A stretch of 64,000 bases of DNA from Octopus sinensis. Its lineage: Eukaryota. The position numbers were made by a program, and so were the translations under genes. Location: positions 62,744,001 to 62,808,000 of the forward strand of contig NC_043006.1 of NCBI RefSeq assembly GCF_006345805.1. The letters are read 5' to 3'. Below are positions 43,998 through 56,346 of this stretch, in pieces. The notes under the pieces are model-generated. The model did no database searches. It had not been told where the DNA came from and was given only the letters and a program-made list of their open reading frames with translations. The stretch's first letter is position 1, and every line of letters starts with the position of its first letter.

Positions 43998-45234
43998 TCT
44001 CCCCGTCTATCCAGTTTGACAAGCGCAGTGACCGAAACGTAGATTATTTTTTCCATTCATAGCAAAATACATTAACGTTGTATTCCGTTGTTAGATCTTG
44101 CCTTTTGTTTTTTGCTTTCGCTCTTAATTTCCATTACGGCCGTAAGTGCTTCTTTTAAAGGACTCTTTCCATTCGTTAGCAAGACGTGAAGATCTTCGTC
44201 TGTAACTCAATACCAGTGAGGATATGTTTGAAACTCCTCAAGTATACATAATGTAGTAAAAGTACACACATTTGGTTACACACATATATTTCTATACTTA
44301 TTCAAGTTCAGTGAACTTTAGAAAGCTTAGCTTTTGCTTTTAATTATTTATTTATTCTTTTGGCTTCAAAAAATTCTAATGACTTTTTACTCCGACTCAA
44401 ATTTAATTGCAGAAGTGTTGTTATAAATCAGTTTACTGATTCTATGTTATTTCTCATTAAATCAGTAAACTCTGTTTGAGAAATACCGTCAAAATAACAT
44501 CAACGATTTCTCATTAATTTTTGAATCATAATCCACAAAGTACAACAAAAAAGTTGTTTTTTTTAATTCCAATAAACATTGTTATTCTCAATAATAACAC
44601 AATAAATGTTCATTTCGAAACACATCAATCACTAGAAAATATATATTTCTTATTTTACAATAAAACATTTTACTAATCTAGTCAACATCTTCACACTTCT
44701 CTTTAATCTAGTCACTTACATACTTTGAACACCATCGATATGGGAGAAATGCTGTAACAATATCGAAATTAAAATTCTGATGAATAAATAATAAAAGAAT
44801 AACTAACAAATTGCTGTGTATGAAATGAAAATGTAAACAAGAGACAAAGAGAGAAAATAAAGGCTACAGGTGAAATGAATAAACACAGAATACTGAGAGA
44901 ATTAATTCATAGTGTCAAAAGGATACTGAGAGAATTAGTTATATCGATAATGAAAGTACGATTACTTAGTTAGGTAATACAATAATAGGAATTTCCTGCA
45001 CATGTCAGGATTTCTCTTAGGCTTTGAGATACTGATTAGCAGTGGTTAGAACGGAATGCTCTTAGGGTTTAGACTAACGCGTCAGATGAGTATGAGGAGT
45101 AATATTAATTATTTCAATGATGAAACAGAGGTAACGAAATCCCCTTCGTTACTTACACATGTATTATTATAAGAAACGTTACACTGACGTTGAGTAACTC
45201 CCAGGAAGCTAATAGATCTTGCACGCACCTCTGT

Positions 45235-45685
45235 TGTAAGTAGTTTATTTCCCCGACAACAAGGATGTAGCTTCAGTTTCCCTGCATGTAACCTTAGGTA
45301 ATTATCTTCTACTATACCGCGGTGAGATCAAAGCCTTGTAAGTGAATTTGGTACACGGAAACAGAGAGAAGCCGTCATATATTACATGTGTGTATGTGTG
45401 TCCGCGCATTTGGGTATGTTTGTGTGTGTTTGTATGTGTGTGTGTGTTTCTGTGTGTCTTTATATATCTTTGTGTTTTTGGTTGTCCTCCACTGTTGCTT
45501 GACAACTAGAGTTGATTTGTTTACATGATTATCAGTTCGGTAAAGAGACCGACAGAATAAGTACAGGTTTTAGAAAAAAAACAAGTGCTGCAATCGATTC
45601 GTTCACCTACAGCCCTTTAGGGTGGTTCATAATCATTGCCACATTGACCAAAATAAAAAGAGTAAAATAATAAAAGAATAAAAGA
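45235..45685 (+). mobile_element. SINE-A, old degenerate copy
   Basis: gtaagtag...tcttctactata...caaagccttgtaagtgaatttggtacacggaaac...gacagaataagtac...aaaagagtaaaa. Confidence 0.75.
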
Positions 45686-45842
45686 GTAGCAAATAATATC
45701 TATCTATCGATCGATCGATCTATTTATTATATATTTATCGCTCTCATTCTCTCTCTCTCTCTCTCTCTCTCCCTACATATATATATATATATATATATAT
45801 ACATATGTGGTGTGTGTGTGTGTGTGTGTATGTGTGTGTATG

Positions 45843-45883
<41 letters not shown>

Positions 45884-46179
45884 AATTCGAGGGCGTTAAG
45901 TCCTCATTAGGGATTATATAATCCAAGTCATTTCACTACTTTAATCCGTATCATATGATAGTAAATCATTGGTATATGTTTAGGATTACTGAAAGTTGTT
46001 TTTTTTTTAATTTTGATGTAAAAAGAAGAAGATGGCAAATAAATGGATGTAATTACTGATTTATTTGCATGTTGTAGAAAGATGGTGTTTGATTTTGAAA
46101 AAAAACATTACAAATAAATGATCGGAAGTTAAAAGCCCATAAAAAGTTACGGAAAACATAAGAAAAAACTTATATATAT

Positions 46180-46269
<90 letters not shown>

Positions 46270-46273
<4 letters not shown>

Positions 46274-46930
46274 TTCTGTCGAACCTTTTTGTTGATGGGA
46301 ATCTCCAAGCATGTTATTTAATGCCAAGGAAGTTACCACATTCACACTAAATTTTTGGTAGGACTTCTTCAGGGTTCAAAAAGAGCTAACGCAATTTTGG
46401 TGATCATTATATCTTTTGAGGAAAGTGTATAGTGTTAGCAGGTTAAAGTTAGGCGGTCTATACAGGGACGACGCTTGTACATTACCAAAAAGCTTTCTAA
46501 TAGAAACTAGAACTATATAAAAAACAACTTCACAAATTCTTCAAACGTTTCGGTCTTAAAATTTCTATAGACAGAACACAACTCTGTTAATTTTTTAGAT
46601 GTTAGTTTTAACCTTCTCTCAAGTCAATATACACCTTACACAAAGCCTAACTCAGAAGTCATATACATCAACAAATATAGCAATCACAAATTGTCTCGTT
46701 AAAAATATTGAAACAGGAATTAATTTGCACACTTACAGTGAAGGTGTATTCAAAGAAAACAAAGAAATATATAACATTGTACAACATAAGACTGCATGTA
46801 AGGAAAACATTAAATATATTAACCAAAATATAAATAAAACTATAGGTAGAAAAAGCACCAACATAGTTATTGATAATAATTATATGAATAGAAACAACAT
46901 CTCAGCCTCTAGTAAAAAGAGGTAAGGGAG
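46270..46930 (+). mobile_element. Penelope-like element RT fragment 1 (pseudogene)
   Basis: Manual translation: LGGLYRDDAC, SVNFLDVSFNL...YTPYTKPNSEVIYINKYSNH, typical PLE RT core and thumb motifs. Confidence 0.85.
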
Positions 46931-47479
46931 GTAAGTAGTTCTGGATCTGGCGCAATTAGGTTAGATATAGATCTGTAATGTGAATGGTGTATGGGATATA
47001 TGGGAGTTAGTAGTATTAATTGAAAGGTTAGTAGTGTTCTGTATTATGTTATCTGTTCATATTGAGTTGTGGAAAATATTTATGTATATATATATATATA
47101 TATATGTATATTTCACTCACTCATATTACCATATATTAGAATAATTGATTATAAAATGAAGGTAAATATAATCAAAATATTTGAAATAAGTTAATATATC
47201 CCACAAATTGGAAAATCAGTCAAATTTATTATTTATTAATACTAATGAAATATTACAAATCTACTTATATTTCGCAAAAAGAAATTTATTTGTATGCGTA
47301 CAGGCATATATGTTCAAAAGTAATTTATGGGAAATAAATATATGATATGACTCTTCAGTGCATAACTCACCTGTTGTTTTATTTGCAACATTATAATATT
47401 CTAGTCCAGTTTAAAATCTATTTTGTTATCTTTAAGCCCCCGTATGCATTTACTCAGTCAAATTGGGTTAATGTTTTTT

Positions 47480-48110
47480 TCTATCTTTAAAGCTATTTAA
47501 GTGGTTAAAGAATTGAGTTTTAAATTTATTAGATGTCGCTCCAATGCACATATATTTATTATTATTAAGTCCATCAATCTCACAGTTACATACAATAATA
47601 TCTTCATTACAAAGATACTTAAGTTGGCATCCAACAATACAATTCATCTGCTATGCCACCTTAATAGTGAATTCCCTGAACTTATTGGAAGTATTTATCG
47701 AGACGATGCCCTTCTTGCTATCAAAAATACTACGCCAAGAAAACTGGACTTATGCAAGAAAAATCTGCAAAGATTTTTTAAAGATAAATGTTTTAGCTAT
47801 TTCCGTTGAAAAAGATAATTGTTCTGTTAATTTTTTGGATGTCAAGTTTAATCTTGTAACTGGAAAACATGAACCATTTCATAAACCACATGCAAGGTTA
47901 AGATACATTAATTATAAAGCAATCATCCTACTGCAATTAAAAATATCTTAATGAGAAATATTGAAAAACGAATATCACGTTATCACCTAATAAGGAGATT
48001 TTTAGGAAGCATGCTGATTTCTAGAATGCCGCATCAGAAAAAGCTCGGTATTAGGGTAAAATTAAATATATTAATGATAAACTTCAATTTAGTAAAAATG
48101 TTAAATTTAG
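47480..48110 (+). mobile_element. Penelope-like element RT fragment 2 (pseudogene)
   Basis: ORFs 47501-47809 and 47544-47951: GSIYRDDALLAIKN and VNFLDVKFNLVTGKHEPFHKPHARLRYINYK, then SNHP after a frameshift. Confidence 0.88.
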
Positions 48111-48116
48111 TAGTAA

Positions 48117-48175
<59 letters not shown>

Positions 48176-49156
48176 TAATAATAACAATGGCAATAATTAA
48201 TTGCTATAATCATTATAGCCATTATCCATATCATTTTAATAATATTAATAACAACAACAACAATAATAATAATAATAATAATTATGCCATTAATAGTAAT
48301 AATAATGATATTTGGTTTTCTATCGAATGTTGAGCAATTGCTTGGAAAGAGTATGGCGAAGTGGAGGACGGAACTAACAATAGTTTAGGGACAATAGAAA
48401 CCAGGTGACTTGTCAAATGGTACTTGTTTCTTTAATCTCTGTTTCGCTTATTTCGATTAGAATACATTGTGATATTTGCCTCTAGCTGGTGTCAAAAAAG
48501 GAAAAGCATGACTTGGAATGAGTTAGAATGAAGAACAGTTCTGTTACAGGTTGTAATCATACTTACAAAGGGCCATAAATAAGTAGACAATGAACACGCA
48601 AATCAAGTACTATGCTTTACACTGATAAATAAAAATACATTAAATAAAGTAATAAAATTAAAAACAGCTGTGTATCAGACGAAAAAACAGGCTTGTTTTA
48701 TCATTTTATGATCTTTATATAACGTATCCCTGTATCGGTGCAAAACATTGTACACTTATTTTATTTACGCTTCTTTGTACTAGGTGCATAACCTATAAGA
48801 GAACTGTTCTTCATTTTATCGTATTCTAACTCATGTTTTCTCTTTATGCGATTAGCTAAGAACAAATACCACAATATATATTCTAATCTAAATAACCAAG
48901 ACGCAGATTTGACACAGCACCCAACGTGGCACAACTACACCGAATGATGCACCACAAAAATTTTAACAGAATCTTACCCGTAAGAGACCGAGGCACGACG
49001 GATAGAAACGATCGTAGTGATAAATAAAAAAATCTCGCGAATTCCATTTTCTTTCTCTTTCTCTCATATTTTATATACATATGTGTGTGTGTGTGTGTAT
49101 GTGTGTGTGTGTGTAAGTGTGTGTGCCTGCATATGTATATAGATAGATAGATGGAC

Positions 49157-49214
<58 letters not shown>

Positions 49215-50187
49215 GCAGACAGGCAGGCATACAGACATAAAGAGAGATAGACAAATAGATAGATACATACTTATATTTATATTTATTTCTATATACACAA
49301 GTATATATGTTAATATGCATCACATCAGCTCAAATATCCTGACATCTTTATATGTATTTGTGTTCCCAATTGCGTAATTCACTACTCTATTAAAAGTATG
49401 CTGTAATGTGGGTGATGGAATCCTTGACGCATTAAGTCAAGAAGTTTCAGAGAATTATAATTTTAATGAACTTAATGAATTTACCATTAGTGACAAGGGC
49501 ATTCATTATTTGAACACTACTTGTAATAATCTGACAGGGGAGAAACAAGCCCAACATTTCAAATGATTTAAATTAAACCACGAATGCAATATCATTGATG
49601 GTTGATCATCAGCAGTACAATGGTTTAAAATGATTTAGCTTTCTTGGACCACATGATCAATGCATAGTTACACGGATATTACTATTATTAGATCACTATA
49701 GACGAATGTAGAATATGGATGGTAAATGAACATAGAGTGATGTGATAACTTACAGGAATGCTTGCGGGAGATTATTCAGGAACACATGCTAACGTAAGTT
49801 TAATGCTAGAAATCGAACAAGCAGGAATGTAATATTAGTCAATAAAATTTGATTAAATTTATTAGCAATGAGAAAAGTCATTAACTAGATGATGAATCCT
49901 TGTCAGGATAAGGTATTTGGGGACAGTCCCAGAAATTAATTAGTAAAAATCAGCTGAATAAGAAATGCAGTTAGAGATAATTCTGATCCTTAGCTGCATG
50001 ATGTCTTCACTGTATATTATAAATATTCCTGTTACATCAGAAACATAAGGAAAGTGGAGATATTAGTACAATTCTTGTCAAGTCAAAATCATCGACGCTG
50101 TAACGTAAGATAACGACTCGAAGAAACTTAAATATACACAAATATATATACATAGATAGATAGATAGATTGATAGATAGATAGATAT

Positions 50188-50230
<43 letters not shown>

Positions 50231-50237
50231 GTATATA

Positions 50238-50301
<64 letters not shown>

Positions 50302-50304
<3 letters not shown>

Positions 50305-50862
50305 TATGGTGGCTGTCCCCACGTTATCGAGTATGCCCATTGCACGAAGCTTAATTAATGTTGTTATCGTGCAAATCCTGTGCAAGAAGATTTTTTTAAA
50401 GTGAGGAGAGACCGCGCACTGAGTCAAACCCACTCACTAAGCAACAGCAGTCATAATCCGAAAAGAAGAACAAGTCAGCATCATCGGTAACCACAGAGCC
50501 GCAGATTTTATATCGGAGTTATCCCAGTTACCTGAGTTACCTTCTCCTAGAAGGATGCCCTAACAAAGGATAGGAGTCCTTCACTCCCAATGGTTTAACC
50601 GCGTAATCGAGTATTCAGTCCGATTATTTCTATGTCCCGCGCATAATACAGCCTTAAGACATTTATTGGTTGGCCGTTGACTCTCAAGAGTCCCTCCGCC
50701 CTTTGGCGGGTTTTGTTTTTCATCCGGCAGGGTATCCAATAAACACCCTCCTCACCAAGGAAGCTTGGTGGGGTTGCCGGTTTCGTCGCTGACGACCCGA
50801 CCATGCAACAGATTGTACTGGGTTGCGTGTTACCAGTGGCACTGGAAAATGACCTGACATAA
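50302..50862 (-). mobile_element. Probable RTE-clade LINE 5' region (5' UTR fragment)
   Basis: GC-richer, hairpin-dense segment with ttctaggagaaggtaactc, resembling RTE 5' UTR motifs recalled from memory; flanked by (TATG)n and (TA)n; no RT present. Confidence 0.45.
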
Positions 50863-50935
50863 TATACATATACATACATACATACATACATACATACATA
50901 CATACATACATAGGTGTACATATATTCATATATGA

Positions 50936-53121
50936 CACTGGCCAACAAATTCTAACGTTTTTTTCTGCTGGCCTAAATTTGAGACCTGTTTTGGGGTAAT
51001 TTGTGGTCACTGAGTTTTAAAATGGTAATAGTTTTATTTTTCTATCACCTCTCGCTCCCTCAGTATGGGCTGGCCCATATTGGCCCCACCCGTAGTTCCA
51101 TGTTTGAAATGTTTGAATTTCTCTGACTCTTTTTGTTATGTATGTGGGTGTTTTACAGCACCAAGTCAAAGAATGAGCGTTAGTGATATTGTGAAAACAT
51201 CCTATTTGACTTACTTAAAATTGGTGATCAGGGTGAATTGTGAGCACGCATAATATATGTAAGCCCTACGTCAATAATCTACGCTAATGTACAAATACCA
51301 CAAGGAAACAACAAGCATTTGGCATTCCTATGATATGGTGGGAGCGAAAGAACCATATATGCGATTGCTACTTTTGTCTTACAAAGACTTCTGGTTACAG
51401 CAAGAGAACGTGTTAGAAAATAAGTTATCCAAATCTGGAATCGACAATTCATCCAGTGCTTCACTCCGATGTAATACCAGTACCCGATTTCAAAGATCTA
51501 ACTTCACTGTAAGGTGAACGCGATATATGTGAAGCAGAGGTAAATCATGAACTTGACAGTGATTAGACTTTGTAGAAACATCAACCAAAGAACGTGAAAA
51601 CTTCAACCAGGCAGAACTTAATGATTTAGTGAGCGACCTAGGACTGTCAAAAGAGTTATCGTGCTGATGGAACATACACATGACGGCAGACTAGGCGGAA
51701 AGAGAAGAATTTTTTGCAGAAAGAAACAAACGTGACTCTTTTATCGGAACAAGGAAAACGTCTCTTGGCATTCTTTACAATTGGAAAAGATTTTGTTTAC
51801 TGTTGTGACGTGGCGAGACTGTTAAACCTGATGGTTGTTGAACAGTATAATCCTAGTGAATGGAGACTCTTCATAGATAGTACAATGAAGAGTCTAAAAT
51901 GTGTATTGCTCTAGAATGGAAACTTGTTTGATGCGCTTCCTATTGGTCACTCTGTACGCTTAAAAGAGGATTATGATCACAGAAAAGTTGTATTAAATTT
52001 ACTTAATTATGATGAGCAGAAATGAGTCATATGTGTGGATCTAAAAATGGTCAACTTTTTACTTGGCCAGCAAGGAGGGTACATAAAATATCCGTGTTTC
52101 TTGTGTTAATGTGTTAATGGGATAGCCAAGGGAGAAACAAACATTGGGAACAGAGACTCTGGCCAGTTAGGAAAAATTTGGTTGTTGGGAAGAAGAATAT
52201 CATACATCAGCTACTTGTTGAGCGAAAGAAAATCATCATTCCACCCCTTCATATTAAGCTAGGACTAATGAAGTAATTTTCAACGTTCTTAATGTGGAAG
52301 GTAACTTTCAAATTCCTATGTACAACATTTCATGGCCTAAGTTATGATACAATAACGGCTGGTGATTTTAATGGGCCATAAATCAGAAAGTTACCAAGAT
52401 GCAAGAATTTCTCTAGCTCGATGTCTGACAGAAAAAAGAGCATGGGATTCATTTGTCACTGTTTTGAAAGAATTTTTAGGGAGCGAAAAGGCTGTAAGCT
52501 ACAAGAATTTGGTGGAGGCATCAGTGGATAGCTTTCATCTTTTAGGCTGCAACATGAGCATAAAGCTTAATTTCCTCAATAACCATCTCGATGAATTTCC
52601 TGCTAGTCTCGTAGACATGAGCGATGAGCTTGGTAAACGTTTTCATCAAGCAATCAAGATTACGGAGGAGAGATATCAAGACTGATGGAGCATACACATG
52701 ACGGCAGACTACTGTTGGAGTATTCAAAGAGACTGTGTAAACATAAAAGACTCTAGACGCTCTCGCAAGCGGAAATCTGTTCCGTGAATATGAAGGCATG
52801 TGTATAGTGGTTTCTTTTTTATCCATCATATTAGAAAATTAACATCAGGTATTTAGTAAAAGGTGATGGCATCTTACATTTCATATTCTATTGATATTAT
52901 AACTTATGATTTGAAGCTATAAGACCTAGTGAACTATCCTGACCAGTTAATTTATTTATACAGTACATCATATGTATGCTATAGAATGTATATCCTGGTA
53001 TGCTATAGAATGAAAAACGTGATTATTAGGAAACAATGGATGCAATATTTGGAATCAGCATCTCAAAATGAACTACAAGCAATCAGAAAACCGAAGTCAG
53101 CATAAAGTTTGTTGACCAGTG
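50936..53121 (+). mobile_element. Chapaev3 (CMC superfamily) DNA transposon, complete but decayed
   Basis: TIRs cactggccaacaaa (50936-50949) and tttgttgaccagtg (53108-53121), 13/14; flanks tga/taa (3-bp TSD, one mismatch); transposase motifs CLNFSDSFCYVCG, FNQAELNDLVSDLGLSKE, EWRLFIDS, CVDLKMVNFLLGQQGGY, PPLHIKLGLMK, LGCNMSIKLNFL, SDELGKRFHQ. Confidence 0.93.
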
Positions 53122-53193
53122 TAATATGATATATGCGCTCATACATAATTATATAATATAAATATATGTAAATGTATATGTACGTACGTGTTC

Positions 53194-53249
<56 letters not shown>

Positions 53250-54039
53250 ATGAAAGATTGATACCTTGCAAGAGAAGAATGAATCTGTCTATTAGAAAGA
53301 AAATTGATAAGCTGTCAGTATCTCTGGAGACGTTTAACACTTTAGTAAGCAATATTGTTTTGATGTTTTAAAATATAAAAAAAATGCTCTGTATAGGGAA
53401 CATGATATTTTTTACTTAATATTTATACACAAATTGTTGTTTCCTAATGAATAATTATAGGAAAGTTTTTTATTATCTATTTAGTCTAGAAATATCTCCT
53501 GAAGATTGCTTATGAAGATGTAATGAAAAGATTCTGAAATCAATAACTCTCCAGCGAAAGAATTATTTTTAAAATATTAAAAATCTACGGTAAAATATAA
53601 TATTTATATCCTTAAATAAATCTACGTATTTTCCTTTTCGCACAAGTAAACAATAAATTAAAATGATATAAAAGACTATGTATTCTGCTTCGTAGACAGA
53701 GACGTAAACTATTTTAAAGATTTATACAATACAAGAACGTGACTCGTATTGAAAACTCGACGATTGCATATTCGGTATTCAAAAATGTGATATTTCAAAC
53801 ATAAATTTGCAATTTGTTAGTTTCACATATAAATTATTTATAAATATATCAGCCACATCTTCTAATAATATATTTAATATGCCAAGTAAAATTCTTTTGT
53901 AGATAAACTTTCTTCAAAAACGTTCAATTGACACATACTTTTTTCTTAGTTGTGTTGCCTAAATCTCTAACGTTCTATCTTTTTTTTCTATTTGGAGCGA
54001 ATAAATTGCACAACGACTTCGTGTAAGAAACAATTTCTC

Positions 54040-54288
54040 TCTTTTTTTTTCTTTTACTTGTTTCAGTCATTTGATTTCGGCCATGCTGGAGCACCGCCTT
54101 TAGTCGAGCAAATCGACCCCAACACTTATTCTTTGGAAGCCTAGTACTTATTCTATCGGTTTTTTTGCCGAACCGCTAAGTTACGGGGACGTAAACACAC
54201 CAGCATCGGTTGTCAAGCGATGTTGGGGGGACACACACAGACAAACATACACACACACATACATATATATATATGCATACATATATAT

Positions 54289-54300
<12 letters not shown>
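54040..54300 (-). mobile_element. SINE-A 3' half, beginning at its internal (TA)n tract
   Basis: Reverse complement matches 31560-31760 closely; no 5' half beyond the TA tract. Confidence 0.88.
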
Positions 54301-54319
<19 letters not shown>

Positions 54320-54335
54320 ATATATATATATATAT

Positions 54336-54830
54336 AACAAAGTTGAGTAGTGGGGTATCGCACGAGTGGAATTATATACGAAAGAAGGTTTGAAAATGCA
54401 ATTTAAAAGATGTTTATTTACTTAACCGGTTTCACTCTTTGGAAAAAGATTGTCAAAAGTAACATAGAATATTATGAATTCAAAAACGTTTTTTACATAA
54501 TTGCCACATAACATGTATATATACAGTCTTTGGTAACAGGGACATGTTAAGGACATAAAGAAGTACAACAGTGTGATGAGAATATTTGAAAAAATGGGCA
54601 GAAAAGAATAAAACAAATATATTATTGGAAGTTTGGTTGCGTTAATTATTGGTTGTTGCAAATTGCCACATTACATGTATATAAACAGTCTTTGGTAACA
54701 AGGGCATGCTAAGGACATAAGAAAGTACAACAGTATGATGAGAATCTTTGAAAAAATGGGCAGAAAAGATTAAAATAAATATATTATACATCTCAGGGTC
54801 AGTACAGAATATTATGAATTCAAGGCGAGT
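54336..54830 (-). mobile_element. PLE-like remnant: 127-bp direct repeat plus decayed hammerhead, abutting the SINE TA tract
   Basis: 54499-54625 repeated at 54661-54787; minus-strand CTT-TTGACAA-TCTTT-ttcc-AAAGA-gt-GAAAC-cg-GTT-AAG at 54459-54421. Confidence 0.5.
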
Positions 54831-55689
54831 TTGTTTACTGACCTGTCCGTTTTAGCAGAAATGTTGAATTGAGAAAGATGTACCCGTTTTTTTCTGTTTT
54901 TGGCTTTCCTTCAAGCATCAATGATTTTGGGGTTAGGATGAGGTGAATATATGTGTCTCTCTGCGTGTATGTGAATAGATGTGTCTGTGTGTCTGTAGTA
55001 TTTGGTCAGATGGCGTCTGTTTGTCAAGTGTGTGTGGTTGTCATGGTGTTGTGTGTGCGTGTGTGCGCGCGTGCGCGTGTGCGTGTGTGCGTGCGTGTGT
55101 ACGCACGCATGAGTGTGGATGGCATTTGACATGGTGCTGCGTGTGTATATATGTGCCTGTATGGAGGTGAGACTGGTGTGAGTGTGCGTGCCCCTGTGTG
55201 CGTGCACACACGTATACAAGCGTCTGCGTGTGTGTGGGGGCTGTTTTTGAATGGTTCCAGGGTGGCGAAAATAGATGTGTGTTGTTTAAAGAATTTTTTG
55301 GGGTAGGATGGTGTGTGTATATATACACGCATATATACACACACCATCCCAAATCCCAATGTATTAGCAGACCATGAGACATATTTCAATCCGATGTTGC
55401 CCAAAATGTAATGTTCCGTGGGCATAATTAGACAGGTATTATTGAAAATCCGAAATATATCAAAAATTTGAGAGTGCGAATGATTTCAAAATATGTTTAA
55501 ATGTTTTGGAGGTAGAACTTTTATGAAACAGAAACATCCATAATTCACAATACGCGATCGCAGAAGAGCGCAAGCCAGCCATTAATGGTTTGTTTATTTT
55601 GGATTCATGGTCAAGTTTTGTGCAAGTTTTTTGCCAAAATAGTGAAAATATTTGATCTTAGGTTCAAAATGTTAATAATAACAATAATG

Positions 55690-55745
<56 letters not shown>

Positions 55746-55761
55746 CATAATAATAATAATA

Positions 55762-56309
55762 AATGCCTTGATGCAGTACCAGGCAGTGGCTCTCATGGCT
55801 TCTGATCTTAACTGATTGGAAGTGATATCATGTACATTGCTTTGTCTTGGTATAAAAAATGGGCTACAGCTAATATACTGCTCAATACCACAGATTTGCT
55901 TGTCAGTTGTTTGGCCTTATCCAGTTGAGCATGCCCCTTAGTGGCTGACAATATATGCATCTCTGATCACGAGCAGAAGTAGTTGGGAAGCATCATAGCC
56001 ATGTGTTGAGAGGGATTCTTTGGGGTTTGAATAATTCACCACTGGAAACATGGGTCTTTCGTTCAACGTCCTTAAACAAGCCTTATTCAGGGACCTTTTG
56101 TGCGGGATGGGTTACTTGACCCGAAGAAACCTCTAACTAGGCCCCACCTGCAAGGTTATGTGCTGTTTGTCTTGATATGAGATCACCATGTCGCGCACAT
56201 ATGGTTGTGATGCATGTGGCTGGTGTACCCTTAGACGGGTAATCATGATGGGTATACTGGGCTTCGTATATTTTACCCCAGTGTCATTTTGATGGCATGC
56301 ACTGCTCTC
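55762..56309 (+). mobile_element. Family C element, copy 3 (apparently complete)
   Basis: Follows (AAT)n at 55672-55761; starts aatgccttgatgcagtaccaggcagtggctct, ends gcatgcactgctctc + (AAT)n. Confidence 0.85.
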
Positions 56310-56346
56310 AATAATAATAATAATAATGATGATGATGATGATGATT

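Noticed and set aside
43985-44045. ttgacaa...gaccgaaacgta motif just beyond the foldback
   Set aside because: Core doubly mutated and neither stem I nor stem II pairs convincingly.
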